Shown in pieces: positions 45,022 to 61,647 of a stretch of DNA of 64,000 bases; positions within the stretch are counted from its first letter, which is position 1, and every line of letters begins with the position of its first letter. The DNA is taken from NCBI RefSeq assembly GCF_009914755.1, contig NC_060935.1. One strand, 5' to 3'. Position numbers and translations under genes: made by a program. The notes under the pieces are model-generated. The model had not been told where the DNA came from. It did no database searches and saw nothing but the letters and a program-made list of their open reading frames with translations. Source of the DNA: the human T2T-CHM13v2.0 reference genome, Homo sapiens.

Positions 45022-46210
45022 TCCACGTTGAATTTTAAAATTTCCTTGCTGTATAAATCTTAGCCAAACGATTTAATCTCTTTGAAACTCAGTTTCTGCA
45101 TCTTAAAATGAAAATGATAAAAACTTTTGATCCACCAAACTCCCTGGATTGTTAGAAGGATCAAATTTCAAATGTGAAAGCACTTTGAAAATGATAAAGC
45201 GCTGTGCAACACTTATTTAGCTCAGAGGTAATAATGAGACCAATGAAAACTTCGTGTTTATTTTTAAAGAGTAAGTTATACTTTACATTTTACTATAATT
45301 TTCAAATTTGGATTTTAGTGCTTAATCCTAATGTAGCATTATGAAAATTAAGGATAGAAGCAGTTACCTTTTTGGAGCAGGTCAAATTATTTTCTACCCA
45401 AAAGTGGGGGCAGGGGTGTAGGAAGTGGCTCCTGTTGTCCCTCAGTCTCTGCTTACAATTGTATCAGATTCATGCAAAGGACATCCCTCACAAATCCACT
45501 CAAAAATTTTGCTTTTTGTGTGTTTGTTACCAAATATTGAAACTGTAGTTCTGTTTCATGAAATGCACCTATCCTTCTAAATCTACATTTAATCTGGAAT
45601 GGCATCTGAAGGACGCTACTTTAAAAAACTCGATTTCCTATTGTACATAGTACTTCAATTCCCTATTTTATATACTTCAATTAATGCCTTCTTTTTTTGG
45701 TCCCTGTACCCTGAGGCACTTAGTAAGGATTCAATTTTGGTAATGAATAATATTAGTTTCTTCATTAAGTGGCTTAAAGAATAGCTAATACATTCAAAAA
45801 GAGTACATTTAGACAGCTAAAATTAGGATGATTTCAATTTTTCCAGAGTTTAAAGCCTTTCACTGACCTTAACTTTTTCAGGCTTTGAGTTATTGCCTCA
45901 TAAAAAATAACTCATAAAAATACATTTTTTAAATAAATAGCAAAAATTATGTTTCAAGGTAAACCTAAATTACTTAAATATTATTTATATAGAGAGGAAA
46001 AATATTGTTTCATGCACAGTGCTGAGTACTTTGTGTTAATTACACTTAATCATAGCGGAAGTACTGAGGTAGGTACTAATATCCCCAATTTAAAGATGAG
46101 AAAAGAAGTTATGTAACCTGCCCAAGTTTTAAAGCTAGAATATGACAACATAAATACCAGCCTATAAAGCACATAGTAAAAGTATTTATTTCATGAAACT
46201 TCTAATTAAC

Positions 46211-46230
46211 GTGTGTGTGTGTGTGTGTGT
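46211..46230. repeat. (GT)10 microsatellite
   Basis: Direct reading. Confidence 0.93.
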
Positions 46231-47176
46231 ACTAGTTGTGACAGAAAATGTATTAATGTGGATCAAAAGTTGGAAAACCACTGACTTTCACAATTTGGAG
46301 GATTCAATATTAAAAAGTCCTATTTGAAAACTCGTTCAAGGGGCCACCCGAGGGCATCTAAGCTCAATGGCATTTGAGCAGTGGCTGCCACCCCTGACCT
46401 AACCTTGCTCAAGCCCATCCCAGACGTAATTAGGAGGAGGTGACCATGTTGCTTTCTTGTCAGCAAAAAAGGCAGCAAATCATCAGTTTTGGCAAAGCTA
46501 TAAACTGTCAGCTGATTTTAGCAAATTAAATTATGGGAAGATCACTGTGACTACTTCTACAGTGTTACTTCTATGGCTGCCAAAAATTTATGGAAAAAAA
46601 AAAAGTCACGTAATCTCAGAGCCTGCCCTCTTTTCAAGGCCACTCCCAGAATAAATAGTCTTAGGACTGGTAAAAACACAATAAAAATGAAGCATTTTTC
46701 AAAATTCATCCCATTAAATTACACTGTAGACAATGAAAATGTCAAATCCAATGAATTTTGAACCCTCTGTTTTCATTGTTTTGTGGAGGGTAGGATTCAG
46801 AAAACAAAGGAAAATTGCAAATTGAGTAGTTCTTTTCATACTTTCTTTGCCCAGGAAAAAGTCACATGTTAGATGACATGTTGAGACAGCTTCTTTAAAA
46901 TGTACTAAAAATATTCCGATTCTGACAAGTCTGATTTATTTTTATACCTGCAATTTTCTCTATTGATTCAATCTAAAAATAATAAAAATCTTTTTTTGTA
47001 ATGATCTGAATTAAAACACACTTTTGCTTAATGCCTCATGACAGTCATGTAACTAGGGCTCTGATTTGAGAATTAATGCATTGCATGTCTCTGGCTTTAA
47101 CTTAGCCCTAGTCTTTATTATTTGATATAACAGTTAAAGAGCAAAGTTAGCATCCTATTATAATATTTATTCCTAA

Positions 47177-47490
<314 letters not shown>

Positions 47491-48059
47491 TATTTACTCA
47501 TTTTTATCCACTAATTCAACCAATATCTAAAATTTTACATTATGCTAAAATGAGTGGATGGCAAACAGCTTTTCCATAAGGAGTTTGTAATCTATCTACA
47601 GAGAAACACCTGTAACCAAATAATTATAAAGTAATGTGCTAAGTGCTGTAATAGAAGTATATCTCAAGCCTTTGGGAAACTAGGGGAAAGACATTATGGG
47701 GAAAAGGGAAGCTAAGGCCTGTTTTGGAAGTTTTGACAAAAGTTGTGTAATTTGAGTTGAGCCTATAAGTTGAGTCTTGAGTTGGGTCTTAATGTTGAGT
47801 CTTGAAGGAGATGAGAAAGACATTCCAGGACAAGAGAATATCATAGAAAAAGACAAACTATCTTCTGGAGCCTGGAACTTTCTGGAAACAGCAAGTGGAC
47901 ATGTACAAGGACTATCTGAAAAGGAGTATCACGACATGGCAAAGGAGGAGAACACAGGAGTCAAGTCGGCTGGAATTTGGGCCTGATTCCTATAGGCAAT
48001 GGAAGCCATAGCAAACACTTGAATGAAGGAAGAGACATAATCAAATTCATGGGTTATAT

Positions 48060-48370
48060 GTTTGTTTGTTTGTTTGTTTGTTTGTTGAGATGGAATTTCA
48101 TTCTTGTTGCCCTGGCTGGAGTGCAATGGCACAATCTCACTCACCACAACCTCCACCTCCCAGGTTCAAGTGATTCTCCTGCCTCAGCCTCCAGAGTAGC
48201 TGGGATTACAGGTGCCTGCCACCATCCCTGGCTAATTTTTTGTATTTTTAGTAGACATGGGGTTTCACTATGTCGGCCAGGCTGGTCTCGAACTCCTGAC
48301 CTCAGGAGATCCACCCGCCTCGGCCTCCCAAAGTGCTGGGATTACAGGCGTTGAGCCACCACGCCCGGCC
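48060..48370 (-). mobile_element. AluS
   Basis: Antisense dimer, TSD tcaaattcatgg. Confidence 0.94.
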
Positions 48371-51217
48371 TCAAATTCATGGTTTTAAAATGTAATCCTA
48401 GAACCAGATGATGATGATGAATTAGAGAGAAGAGAGACTAGAACTAAGTTATTACAGTGGTCCAGGAAAGAAATGATGGAGTCCTTAACTAAGGCAGCAA
48501 TAATAGTGACAAAAGAGGACTAAATTGATTAAAGGATGTTTTGGAGAAAGAAGAGTTTAGAGCACCTCTCAAATATCTGGTGTGCAGTGGTTGGTGATGA
48601 CATTAATTTATATAAGGGAACTCTAGAATGGGGCAGGTGGTATATCTGTGTTAGACATGGGTGGAGCATGGGGACAGTAGAGATAACGAGTTCCAATGGG
48701 ACATGTAGAGTTTGGGGTCTTTGCAGGACAGGCTTGCTCTGCTCTGGTTTTAAATTTATTGCATGTAAAAACTAGGCTATTAAGGCAAGAAAAGGAAAGA
48801 ATATTTTATTCTTTTCTCAGTCTACATGATAGTCTATAGTAGAGGTAAAGATTGCACATGAGAACTTCCAAAATCTTGGGAAAGACCAAAAAGTCTTACG
48901 AACTGCACTGGTTTTGTCTATGTGTACTTTGGTAGATGGCTGTTACTGCTGCTTGTCCTTTTGTTTGGGAGTAGATCACATGTGCTTTGGTGTAAAGCCA
49001 TCCACTGATAGGACAATTAGTTCATGGGATTTGGGATGGTGATGACGGTGAAGGTCACAGGTTCCATTTCCATATATAAAGCAGTCACAATCTATAGCCC
49101 CAGGATCAGCTAGCAATCTCATAACATATGGTCATGCATGGATGGATGAATTCAGTCACGGAGATAATGACAAAGCCCAGAAGTCAATAATCCATTCTGT
49201 AAACATCACCTACCGTAGGAAGTGGTGACCTCACAGGCGAAACACCACAGTCATTCATTGTCAAGGTCTGTATGTTCAGCATGTGGGGAGCCGTGCAGGG
49301 CTAATTTGCAGATAAGAACTCTGAAGCTCAGATAGGACTAGGAAGTAGGTGTATGGCACTCGGGGTCTAATAAGAAAGCTTAAAGGTAAATGGGGATGTA
49401 CATGTCTCTAGAGCCTACAGAGGAGGAAGTGGTAAGCAAAGAAGATATCTCACACCCCATCCCTCTGACAACAAAGGTGAAAGTCTGACTCCAAACTTAG
49501 GTGAAAGAAAAGTCAAAAGAAGTTCTAATTTGGTTTCCAGTGGCAATGAGAAGACCCTGGGGAACTTGTCCTTGGAAAATGTGCCACCAAAACTTAGGCA
49601 CAGCATCCTGCTCTTCCACCTTTAACAAAACTACAGACATTGAAACATATTTTTAAGCACTACAGTCTAAGCAAAGCTGGGTGGGTCTGTGGCTTCTCAC
49701 TGGGGCTATTCTTCCCTTCTACAGTGATTTCCTGTTTCTAAATCGAACATGGGGTCTACATGATAACACTGCAAGATAAGCAGACCCGTAAAGCCAAAAG
49801 CAAGGCTTGTTGCAAAGAGTAAAGGAAACAACGAATATTCTATGCCTCAAACACAGCCCTTTCCATATGAAACTCAGGCCTCTACAGTGTGGTCAATCTG
49901 GTTAGCCGCCTGATACCGAATTCTCAGCAAGTGCAAACATTAATCTTAAGACATACAGTACTTTAGTGTATAATAAAAAGCCAAACTATATTTCATCACA
50001 ATTTTTAAAATGTTGTAAGGGTTAAATTATACTATTTAATTCATAAGCATGCATCCTAAGAAAGAGAAAAATGATACATACAACCTTAAAATGGGAGACA
50101 TTTATTCCTAAACAAGCTGCAGATAAATCTCACCACTCCCATCTTACCCAATGCAGGCTTTCTGTTTAGACCATCATTTTACCAAAGGTAAGAACGTTGG
50201 CAAAACTTCTGTCAATGTCTAGTCCTCAAGGATGAAATTAGGGCATGTTTCTTAATACTACTCTTTATTCTATCATTGATTCCATGTGTAACTTTCTTCC
50301 AGTAGCTTCCTTCCTGTTTCTCAGTATTTTTATTAACAACAGGAGAACAAAGGTATCTGTCAATCACCTACATTATAGTGCCATCGTGAATACTAGCATT
50401 AAGCCAGTACTTTTCAAGCTCACATTGTAATAGTTTCTGTAAGGAATGAATTTTAGAGAAATATAAAACATAGCCGTTGTCCTCTAGAAACTTCAGTCTG
50501 TTTATAGGCATCAAGACAGTACACAAGAACTAGTGAGTAAAACAGTAAGCATCACAATGCTATGGAAGTTAGACAGTTCTGGATTCAAATCTTGGCTCAA
50601 AAGCTGCTTAACCTCTGAGCTTTGATGCCCTCATCTGTGAAATGGGAATAACAACACCTTCTTTACAGAGTTATTGGTTTTGGGCCTGAATAACTAGGCT
50701 ATTTGCTGTTGGTGAAATCTAAAATAACACATTTGGGGGAAGAGAATCAAGAGTTTGTGTTGTACTTGTTAGGCTTTCAGACTTCTAACTGATCATCAGA
50801 AAGGTGATGAGGCCAGATGAGATGACCTATGGAGTGAGTATAGAGAGTCTATCCAGGATCTGACCTCCGTTGTGTGAAGGGCAGATTGATGAGAAGAACC
50901 CGGAAATAGAGCTGAGGAGCAGCAGCTGCCAGTGAGTTAGGAAGGGAGTCAAAAAGAGACTGACATCTAGGGAACCAGGTAAAGACACTGATTTAAGGGG
51001 CAGAGAGTGATCATATATGGCGAAGGAACACCATAGGTTGAATAAGATATGGTCTGAGAATGGAGCATTGGTTTGAGCAATGTGAAGGTCTTTGGCAACC
51101 TTGGCAAAGAGAGATTTCAACGAGGTAGTGGAGTTGAAAACCTGGTCAGAAAACAAAGAGTGGGATAAACAAATATAGATAGTTCTTTAGAAAAATGTGT
51201 CAGTGAAAGAGAGGGAA

Positions 51218-51780
<563 letters not shown>

Positions 51781-52094
51781 AGAGAATGATACAGTTAAAG
51801 AGAAAAAAAACAATGATGGTAGAATTATTTTTGTACCAAATCATCTTTTGAGAGATGGAGCAACACAGAAGGGAATTCCTTGTGTAAATAAATGAGATGG
51901 AAACTAGTGTCCAAGTGGAGATACCGGGTACCCACTCCATTCACAGCAATGTAGGGCACGCCAAGTATGCAGGATCTAAAAGCAAGTAGATGTGACTTGG
52001 GGATGACATTGAGAAACACATATGCAAATAAGTTAGCATTTCAATAGCAAACAATTTATGTGATGAAGAGAAGAGAGAAGTGGGAAAACATATT

Positions 52095-52379
<285 letters not shown>

Positions 52380-52606
52380 ATAAATTTTATTATTTCACAG
52401 AGTTCTAACACCTCTGTCTGTCTGTCTGTCTGTCTCTCTCTGTCTTTTCATCAAATAATGATTGTGTACCATGAACTGAGTGGTATGATTAACTACACCT
52501 TTGGTTGGAATCTAAGGTCCAAAATGAAAAGAACTCATTATCACCATTTGCTCCTCAAAACCTTTAATCCTTCTGAACTGTTCCAATTTAGATTTACTGC
52601 GACTGG

Positions 52607-52670
52607 AACTGCTTCTTCCTTAATGTCTACTAGGACCTAACTGCTTCTTCCTTAATGTCTACTAGGACCT
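52607..52670. repeat. Perfect 32-bp tandem duplication
   Basis: aactgcttcttccttaatgtctactaggacct x2. Confidence 0.95.
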
Positions 52671-55225
52671 TAGAATGTTTAATAATAAATAGTCCTGTAA
52701 CACTGGGGAAGGAGATCCCTAGTGAAGAGCTGCAGAGCTACAAGGCTTTGTCTTTTGACACTGACTCTTTCCACTTTTCTTTGTAAAGCAAGAGTCAGTT
52801 CAGCTTTTCAAATAATTATTAAGCACTATATACCAAGTAAAAGAAGAATGTCATGCTTACTATGGACTAAGTACTACACTAGGTTCTTTACATATATTTT
52901 TTAATTGCCTCAATGACTCTATGAGATGAATACTATTGTTTTTCCTGTTTTTATGGTAAGGAAATTCACACACTTAAATTGCCTAAGTTCGTGCTGTTAG
53001 TAGTGGAGGAGCCAGGATTCCAACCCAGTCAATTTGGCTCGTGTGCGTGTGTGTTACCATTGCATCATATGCCACCCAGGTTAGGGACACAGAGATGATT
53101 ATAAACAGCTCCTCGGTGCAACAGGTTCAGATGGTACAAAGCCTAGGGGTCTATTGACAGATAAGACAATCAAGAGCCAGAATGTTCTCAGAAAGCTTGA
53201 ACCCTCACTCCAAACTTACCAGATAAGACTGATGTAGGGAGAATATGAAATCTGAACTTTGGTTCCAAAATGAAATGCATCATGAACACAGGATAGGGAG
53301 ACGTGATGTGACACAAATTCTCTGAAGAAGATCTGGGTGTTTTGGGTGACTGCCTCAACAGGAGCCTAGTGAGATGTTACAGCTCAAGAGTGAAACCCTG
53401 GGCTTAATAGAACAAGGAAGTCCAGAGGGTGGGTGGTGATGCAAGTGAATGTCCCCCTATGCTCTTGCCAGCTCTGATGACACATAAGTCCCCTGTCCCA
53501 TGCAAAGGGGCATATTTTTGGAGGAACATGGACAAACTACAGTATATTCACATGTGGCTGTTGGCAAGTGGTGAACAAATGATAATGAAACTAGAGGCAT
53601 AGCTTCTTTAATTATTTGACCTTATGCTATGGAAAAGACTTTTATCTTCAGAAGACCCAGTCTGACTAAGGGCATAAGGGCTTGGACGCAGTGGTATGGT
53701 AGAATGTCTTCTGGAAGTCTTTGAAAGTGAGATTGATACTCATCTTCCTGTTCCATGTGGTTTCTGCAGCAGCAGAGAGTTGGTCCCAAGTATCTGAGGA
53801 GCAGCCACAGGGCTCTGGAATTTTATTCATTACACTGCAACTGTGGGCTTTGGGAATAGGATGCTCTGAACACTCAGGCCTGGGGTCAGAAGAACTGATG
53901 CGTGGGCCCCACCACGAATTCCGAGTTAATTAGTAGTGAATGAGGCCAGGACACAAACTCCCTGAGTGAGTCTAACATACTGCCAAGGTGGAGGACCACT
54001 GGCTTTCCTACCTTCTTAATATGGATGTCATGAGAACACAAAATAGGGACTCAATGGCTTCTTAAATCTTTATTATCAGCAAAAATCCCTTAGAAGAAAT
54101 TCTATTGTCATTCTCTATTAATATCATCCTTATTACTCAATTATGGATTGATGTCACAGAGGAGAATATTTCCAAATGGCCAAACCTAAGCAGAATTCTG
54201 GCCTTATGCCCCAGTGCTTTTTTTGGAAAGCACAGATCTCTTTTTATTACCTCCTTGTTGTTCATTATGGTATTGGTGGATGATATGGGTGTTTTTCCAT
54301 TAGAACTCCAGCAAACAGTTTCCCGTGAAAGCTTATATGAATCCAATACAATAATTCTGGGTTATTTCTGCTAGAGGCTAGATTCAAATTAATGACCTAG
54401 GAATGGAACAAACAAAAAAGTAGACACCAATTAATTCCCAGAGCTCTCCAAAGCACTTTTCCTAATACTTGAAATTTATCACAAGAAAATATATTCTCCT
54501 GGTTTCTTTTTTGTTGTTGTTGTTAAGGTTTAAGATGATGCCGTAAAACTTGTTACATTTGCTATTCATAATTTATAACCCCATGGTATTCTTCTGTTTA
54601 TAAAAGTGGTTTATACCTTCATTGATAAGAATTGCCTTTTCCTCAGGACAAATAATTTAATTTATAATATGAAGGAATAATGAATGGCAATAAGCATGCC
54701 AAATCATCAGGAATGCCAGTTTATTTTTCATCAATTTCTTTTTTTGGGGAGATAAATGTGCAGCTACTTAGAACAAATTGTTCATCATTCTCTGGGGGTT
54801 GTGATTCGGAGAAATTAGACTTGTGTTTGTCTGGAGAAAGCTCGGCTGTGGAATACTGAATTGAATGAAATCTTAGAACATCCTCCCTCTGGTGTAGAAA
54901 CTCTCGGACAGGTGGGGCTCAGCCACTTGCCCTGAAGGGTAACTCCGCAGTTCACCAGAGCACCACGATTATAACATTCTTTCTTAGAATTCTAGACACA
55001 CAACTTGAAGGTACTAGATGCTCTTTTATAAGCTGAGGCCAGAAAGGTTGCATTTTCTGGGGCCTTGTGGCTTAGATAGGCTGATGTAGTTACATAAACA
55101 CGGCCTTTGCCATCCACAGCCCTGGGTACAGATCCCAGCTCAATGACCTCTGTTACCTTGAGCCTCTATTCCCTCGTCTGTAAAGTGAGCACAATTCTTC
55201 CTTTCTAGGGTTAGTTTGAAAATTA

Positions 55226-55627
<402 letters not shown>

Positions 55628-55859
55628 TCAAAATCCTACCCCTTCCTTCAGACCTGATTCCAGGGTCCCCTTCTTCAAGAGATATCATTACTGCTCCTAC
55701 TCTCAGTTCTTGCCTCTCCCCTCCCATTTTGTTTGTATTTGCTTATTTTTTGGTTTCTAGAAGAAATAGATAATACATGATTGAATGAATGAATGAGACA
55801 AAATCCCTGAGACACTGTGGACCCCCGGCCTGATCATCCCCATTTCTCTTCCTCCACAG

Positions 55860-56006
55860 AGGCCTCTCTGACTAACCACACAGAAACCATCACCGTGGAG
55901 GAAGGCCAGACGCTCACTCTAAAGTGTGTCACTTCTCTGAGGAAGAACTCCTCCCTCCAGTGGCTGACCCCCTCAGGGTTCACCATTTTTTTAAATGAGT
56001 ATCCTG
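55860..56006 (+). CDS. CRTAM: CRTAM exon 2, IgV N-half (EASLTNHTETITVEEGQTLTLKCVTSLRKNSSLQWLTPSGFTIFLNEYP)
   Basis: cctccacag| acceptor, ctg|gtaagt donor, 147 nt; Ig B-strand Cys and C-strand Trp. Confidence 0.96.
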
Positions 56007-56770
56007 GTAAGTGAAAGAAAGAAAGAAAAAATGCCACCAGACCTTAACCTGAGGGTTTTTCCAGCCGGACAGTTTGGTGGGACAGAAAGCCTGCATGAGT
56101 CACCCAAGGGGTGGGCTCAGCCCACCTACTGTTACACATGAATCACGCCTCCAAATCCTGTTATTTTACACGCAGTGGCTTGCTGGGGGCAGGAACTGTG
56201 AAATGGAAACCCCACCAGAATGGTTGTTAAAGGGGGTTCAGATTACAAAGCACATTTCCATGTCCCCACCCCACACTCACACCACTTTTTCACTCTCAGT
56301 AACTATCACACAACCACAGCACAATGACAGACAGGCAACCAACTGACTGGGAGCCCGATCCTCATGCAACCACCACCACCCCAGATAAGAAGCCAGCTGC
56401 TTCGTTTTCCATCTGAGCAATCCAAAGGCACATTACAAAGCTCCTTTCCAGATAGCTCTTCTTCTCCTGTTGGTCTTAACATAAAATCAAGATTTTTAAG
56501 CAATAGAAATAGACAGGATGTATTAATTTGGAAATGAGGACAGTCATTTCTCTTTTCACAAACACACATGAAGAAAGTACAAGATGTCTGAGATGGAAAA
56601 AGACTCTTAAGAATCTCTTGGGTTCATCTCTTTGACGTTAGGCAGGGTTTTACTAAACCCTAGATCATTTTATGTCTCCATTTAATATTGCTAACTGCCA
56701 AATACTTGGAAAAGTCTAAAACACATTTCAGTCTTATTTATAAAGCAGAGCCTCTTAAAGCATATCATGC

Positions 56771-57074
<304 letters not shown>

Positions 57075-57307
57075 GTTATGCTTTGAAAGCATTATTAGAT
57101 ACTGATATGTTAACATAAAGAAATATATTATTTCAAGCTAAATCAACTAGAAGTAAATACTAATTGTTAAAAGTTCTGAGAGAAAAAAATTTTAAATAGA
57201 GATAATTCTGTTACATAATGCTTTTTGTTGTTTTGTTTCTGGTTTTGGTACACTGGGAGAAGAGGGACTCTCTCGGATTTCTGCAGCAGAATGGCTTGAT
57301 CTAGCTC

Positions 57308-57435
57308 AGTGGTTCCCCACCCGGAATGATCTTACCTTCCCGTGGAGATAGGACAATGTCTGGAGATAGTTTTGATTGTGCCAAATGTAGAAAGCGGGGC
57401 AGTGCTTCTGGCATCTACTGGGTAGAGGCCAACGA
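57308..57435 (+). mobile_element. MER20-like DNA transposon fragment
   Basis: cagtggtt...caatgtctggaga..gttttg.ttgt...ctggcatcta.tgggtagaggcca matches recalled MER20 consensus. Confidence 0.7.
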
Positions 57436-57483
57436 TTCATCGGATATCTTTCCTCATAACAGCTCTATTTCCCTCTTGTACAG

Positions 57484-57636
57484 CTTTAAAAAATTCCAAA
57501 TACCAGCTTCTTCATCACTCGGCCAATCAGCTCTCCATCACTGTGCCTAACGTAACCCTGCAAGATGAAGGCGTGTACAAGTGCTTACATTACAGCGACT
57601 CTGTAAGCACAAAGGAAGTGAAAGTGATTGTGCTGG
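57484..57636 (+). CDS. CRTAM: CRTAM exon 3, IgV C-half (ALKNSKYQLLHHSANQLSITVPNVTLQDEGVYKCLHYSDSVSTKEVKVIVL)
   Basis: gtacag| acceptor, tgg|gtaggt donor, 153 nt; DxGxYxC motif. Confidence 0.96.
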
Positions 57637-58861
57637 GTAGGTACCTGCAAGTGAACCCAGTAGGGGAGCAATATGGATAGGAACACGATATGTCGTTTTT
57701 AAACTGAACCTTTTAGTTTAAAAATGTTGCCTAGAGCAAGGAATTGCCTGGGACACCTCTGCCATCTTTTATTGAAAGGAAACAGAAGAGAGCATTTTGA
57801 GAAGCAAGACCAAGATTGAACTGTGAACTTGTGAAATTTGTCTTTGACAGCAACTAAATTTTCTCTCCAGGGAACTAAAAGAAAAGAAAAATTGATATTT
57901 GATGAGCTGCGACTATGCGCCAGGCACCATGTGAGGTTCTCGGGAATCAGAGATGAATTAGGCACAATCTCTGCCCATAAGGAGTTTGCGCACCAGCTCA
58001 GGAAGAAAAACATGTATGCAAATGAAGTGGAACCTCATGACAGCAAATCCTAAGATAGAATGAATTCAGATGTAGCTGCACTGCTTGATCTGCTCAAATC
58101 CTCTCTGCCAAACAATTCCTCTTTTCTGTAGGAGGGCGGGATTGGGAGGTGCGGATAGGAAGTGACAGCCTCCTAATTACCTGGGACTTACTCAGTTCTA
58201 CAGATGGTCAACTGTGTCCAGTATGTCTATCCTTACTTGTTTTGTTTTTTGTGGCAGAACAGATCGATTAAAAACATTGCTTTTTATTGATCTCTAAGTA
58301 ACATCATCTCACATATCACACAAATGAATGTCTTAGACTTCTCCTGTTGAATTACTGCAGTGTGGTGCCTGCCATACGGTAAAGGCATGATGGGAAAGTA
58401 GCTGAGAAGGAGTGGCTCTCGGGGAGGGGTTTGAGAACCATTGTGACTCAGCTCAGCGTTGTCTTTTTGTAAGGGAGCACACATCCTGGCTCAGCTGCTT
58501 GTGTGCCCTTCTGGGCTCTCATAACACCCCATGTATACTCTGTCATTGCTCTCAACACATAATCTTTTCATTAACAGTTTAGGGGCTGAAGCCACACCAG
58601 ACTATTAGCTCCTTGAATCATACCTTTTTCATCTTCGTATTGCCAACAAGTAACACATCTAATGTATATTTGGAGCTAAGAAGTGCCTTTATAAGGTCTT
58701 GATGGCAGATGGGTGAGTTAAGTAAATGGGGAAGAGCTCAGTTCTGGACTGAAGTGGAAGTAGAATGGGAAACAGGAAGAAGCAAGCCTAACTAAAAAGT
58801 ATTTCCAAGACAGAAGTATAAAGAAAAAGGACGAACATGCCCTTTATAAGATAAATGCACC

Positions 58862-59160
58862 TTTTTTTTTTTTTGATGGGGTCTTGCTCTGTTGCCCGGG
58901 CTGGAGTGCAGTGGCGCAAACTCGGCTTACTGCACACAACCTCCCCATCCCAGGTTCAAGCGATTCTCCTGCCTCAGCCTCCCGAGTAGCTGGGACTACA
59001 GGCGTGCACCACTATGCCCAGCTAATTTTTGTATTTTTAGTAGAGATGGGGTTTCACCATGTTGGTTGGCCAGGATGGTCTCGATCTCCTGATCTCGTGA
59101 TTTGCCTGCCTTGGTCTCCCAAAGTGCTGGGATTACAGGCGTGAGCCACCTCGCCCGGCC
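58862..59160 (-). mobile_element. AluS (Sc-like)
   Basis: Antisense dimer. Confidence 0.94.
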
Positions 59161-59328
59161 TCATATACCACATTTTAAGAATTGTTGCTACATTGCTTGT
59201 TCGGGAATTTTCAGAGACTAACAACACACTGAGTAATACACATTCTGGCTTCAGCCAAAGTAGCTTTGCAAGCACATGAAAGCCCTTTAACATGACTGTA
59301 TTCTGGAAGAGATTAAGTTAAAAAATAT

Positions 59329-59623
<295 letters not shown>

Positions 59624-59733
59624 TTAATTAGAGTATACCCTATAACAATCACCTACAGATTATTAGCCTCTGTGCTTTGTTGAGATATGCAGACTCATAT
59701 CTAATTAACACAGAAAAATCCATTTTGTTCTAG

Positions 59734-59877
59734 CAACTCCTTTCAAGCCAATCCTGGAAGCTTCAGTTATCAGAAAGCAAAATGGAGAAGAACATGTTGT
59801 ACTCATGTGCTCCACCATGAGAAGCAAGCCCCCTCCGCAGATAACCTGGCTACTTGGGAATAGCATGGAAGTGTCCG
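59734..59877 (+). CDS. CRTAM: CRTAM exon 4, IgC N-half (ATPFKPILEASVIRKQNGEEHVVLMCSTMRSKPPPQITWLLGNSMEVS)
   Basis: ttctag| acceptor, ccg|gtaagg donor, 144 nt; CxxxxSKPPPxITW nectin-like motif. Confidence 0.96.
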
Positions 59878-60129
59878 GTAAGGGGAGAAATGGTTCTCTT
59901 TGTCTTCCTTCCTACTCAAATTTCCAGGGGATTTTTAAATGTTTTGGCACCCTCTAGTGGCAGACAATGCCAGAAGACATCATTTAATATTTCATCAGCT
60001 CTTTTCCAGACAAGTTATTCTTACAACCAATCAATTTTATGCCTTAATCTTGAAAGGCTAATCATAGATATTGAAAATGTTTTTGTTTAAAACAGGTAAA
60101 AATCTAAAGTGAACTATAATGACTTCTTA

Positions 60130-60466
<337 letters not shown>

Positions 60467-60748
60467 GAAGAAGTATAATATCTGTGAGCATAAACTTTTT
60501 CCCAGATATAAAATCGAAAATATATTTAACATAATACATATAATTGGAACAGATATGATCTTCCCTATATTGTATAGTACTATATTGTGTCATACCCACA
60601 AGAACAGATTAAAAATATTCTTGTAACAAAGCACCTAAAGGTTGAGCCTTTGAAACAGAATAACTAATTAATTATGGTGTCTGGGTACTGTTTATAGTTT
60701 GCTTACATTTCAACAGACATTACCTTTGATATCTATGTAATCAACCAT

Positions 60749-61049
<301 letters not shown>

Positions 61050-61485
61050 TAGAGTTGCAAAGGACCCTTTACAGTTGAGAACACTGAGGGCCAAATGGAG
61101 TTCTAGAGAGAAAAGACCTAAACCCAGATCTGATTCCCAGGGCAGTGCCAATTCTACTTCATTATAAGACTTCCCTTTAATTCGCCTTATTCATATAACC
61201 AGAATAAGGTCTTGGATCTTTGTGTTTCATAACAACATCAAGCTGTCCTTCTTAAGCTTTGAATTTTTTTTTCCAGTAGTGAAAAGTTTGTAGAAAACCA
61301 TCATCTACTCTCATTCATCTGTTTGCCTTTGTGACCAGAACCAAGCCTATACAAGGGAACTGGCTGAGGTTAGAATGAGGTTAGAAATCTAATGTTTGCC
61401 ATGAAGTCAAGGCCATTGGCCTCTAATAGAACCAACCTCATCCAGTAGCATTAAATAGCCATAACCTCTTCAAATTGCTACATAG

Positions 61486-61647
61486 GTGGAACGCTCCATG
61501 AATTTGAAACTGATGGGAAGAAATGTAATACTACCAGCACTCTCATAATCCACACTTATGGCAAAAATTCAACGGTGGACTGCATTATCCGACACAGAGG
61601 CCTGCAAGGGAGAAAACTAGTAGCACCCTTCCGGTTTGAAGATTTGG
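61486..61647 (+). CDS. CRTAM: CRTAM exon 5, IgC C-half (GGTLHEFETDGKKCNTTSTLIIHTYGKNSTVDCIIRHRGLQGRKLVAPFRFEDL)
   Basis: catag| acceptor, tgg|gtaaga donor, 162 nt. Confidence 0.95.
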
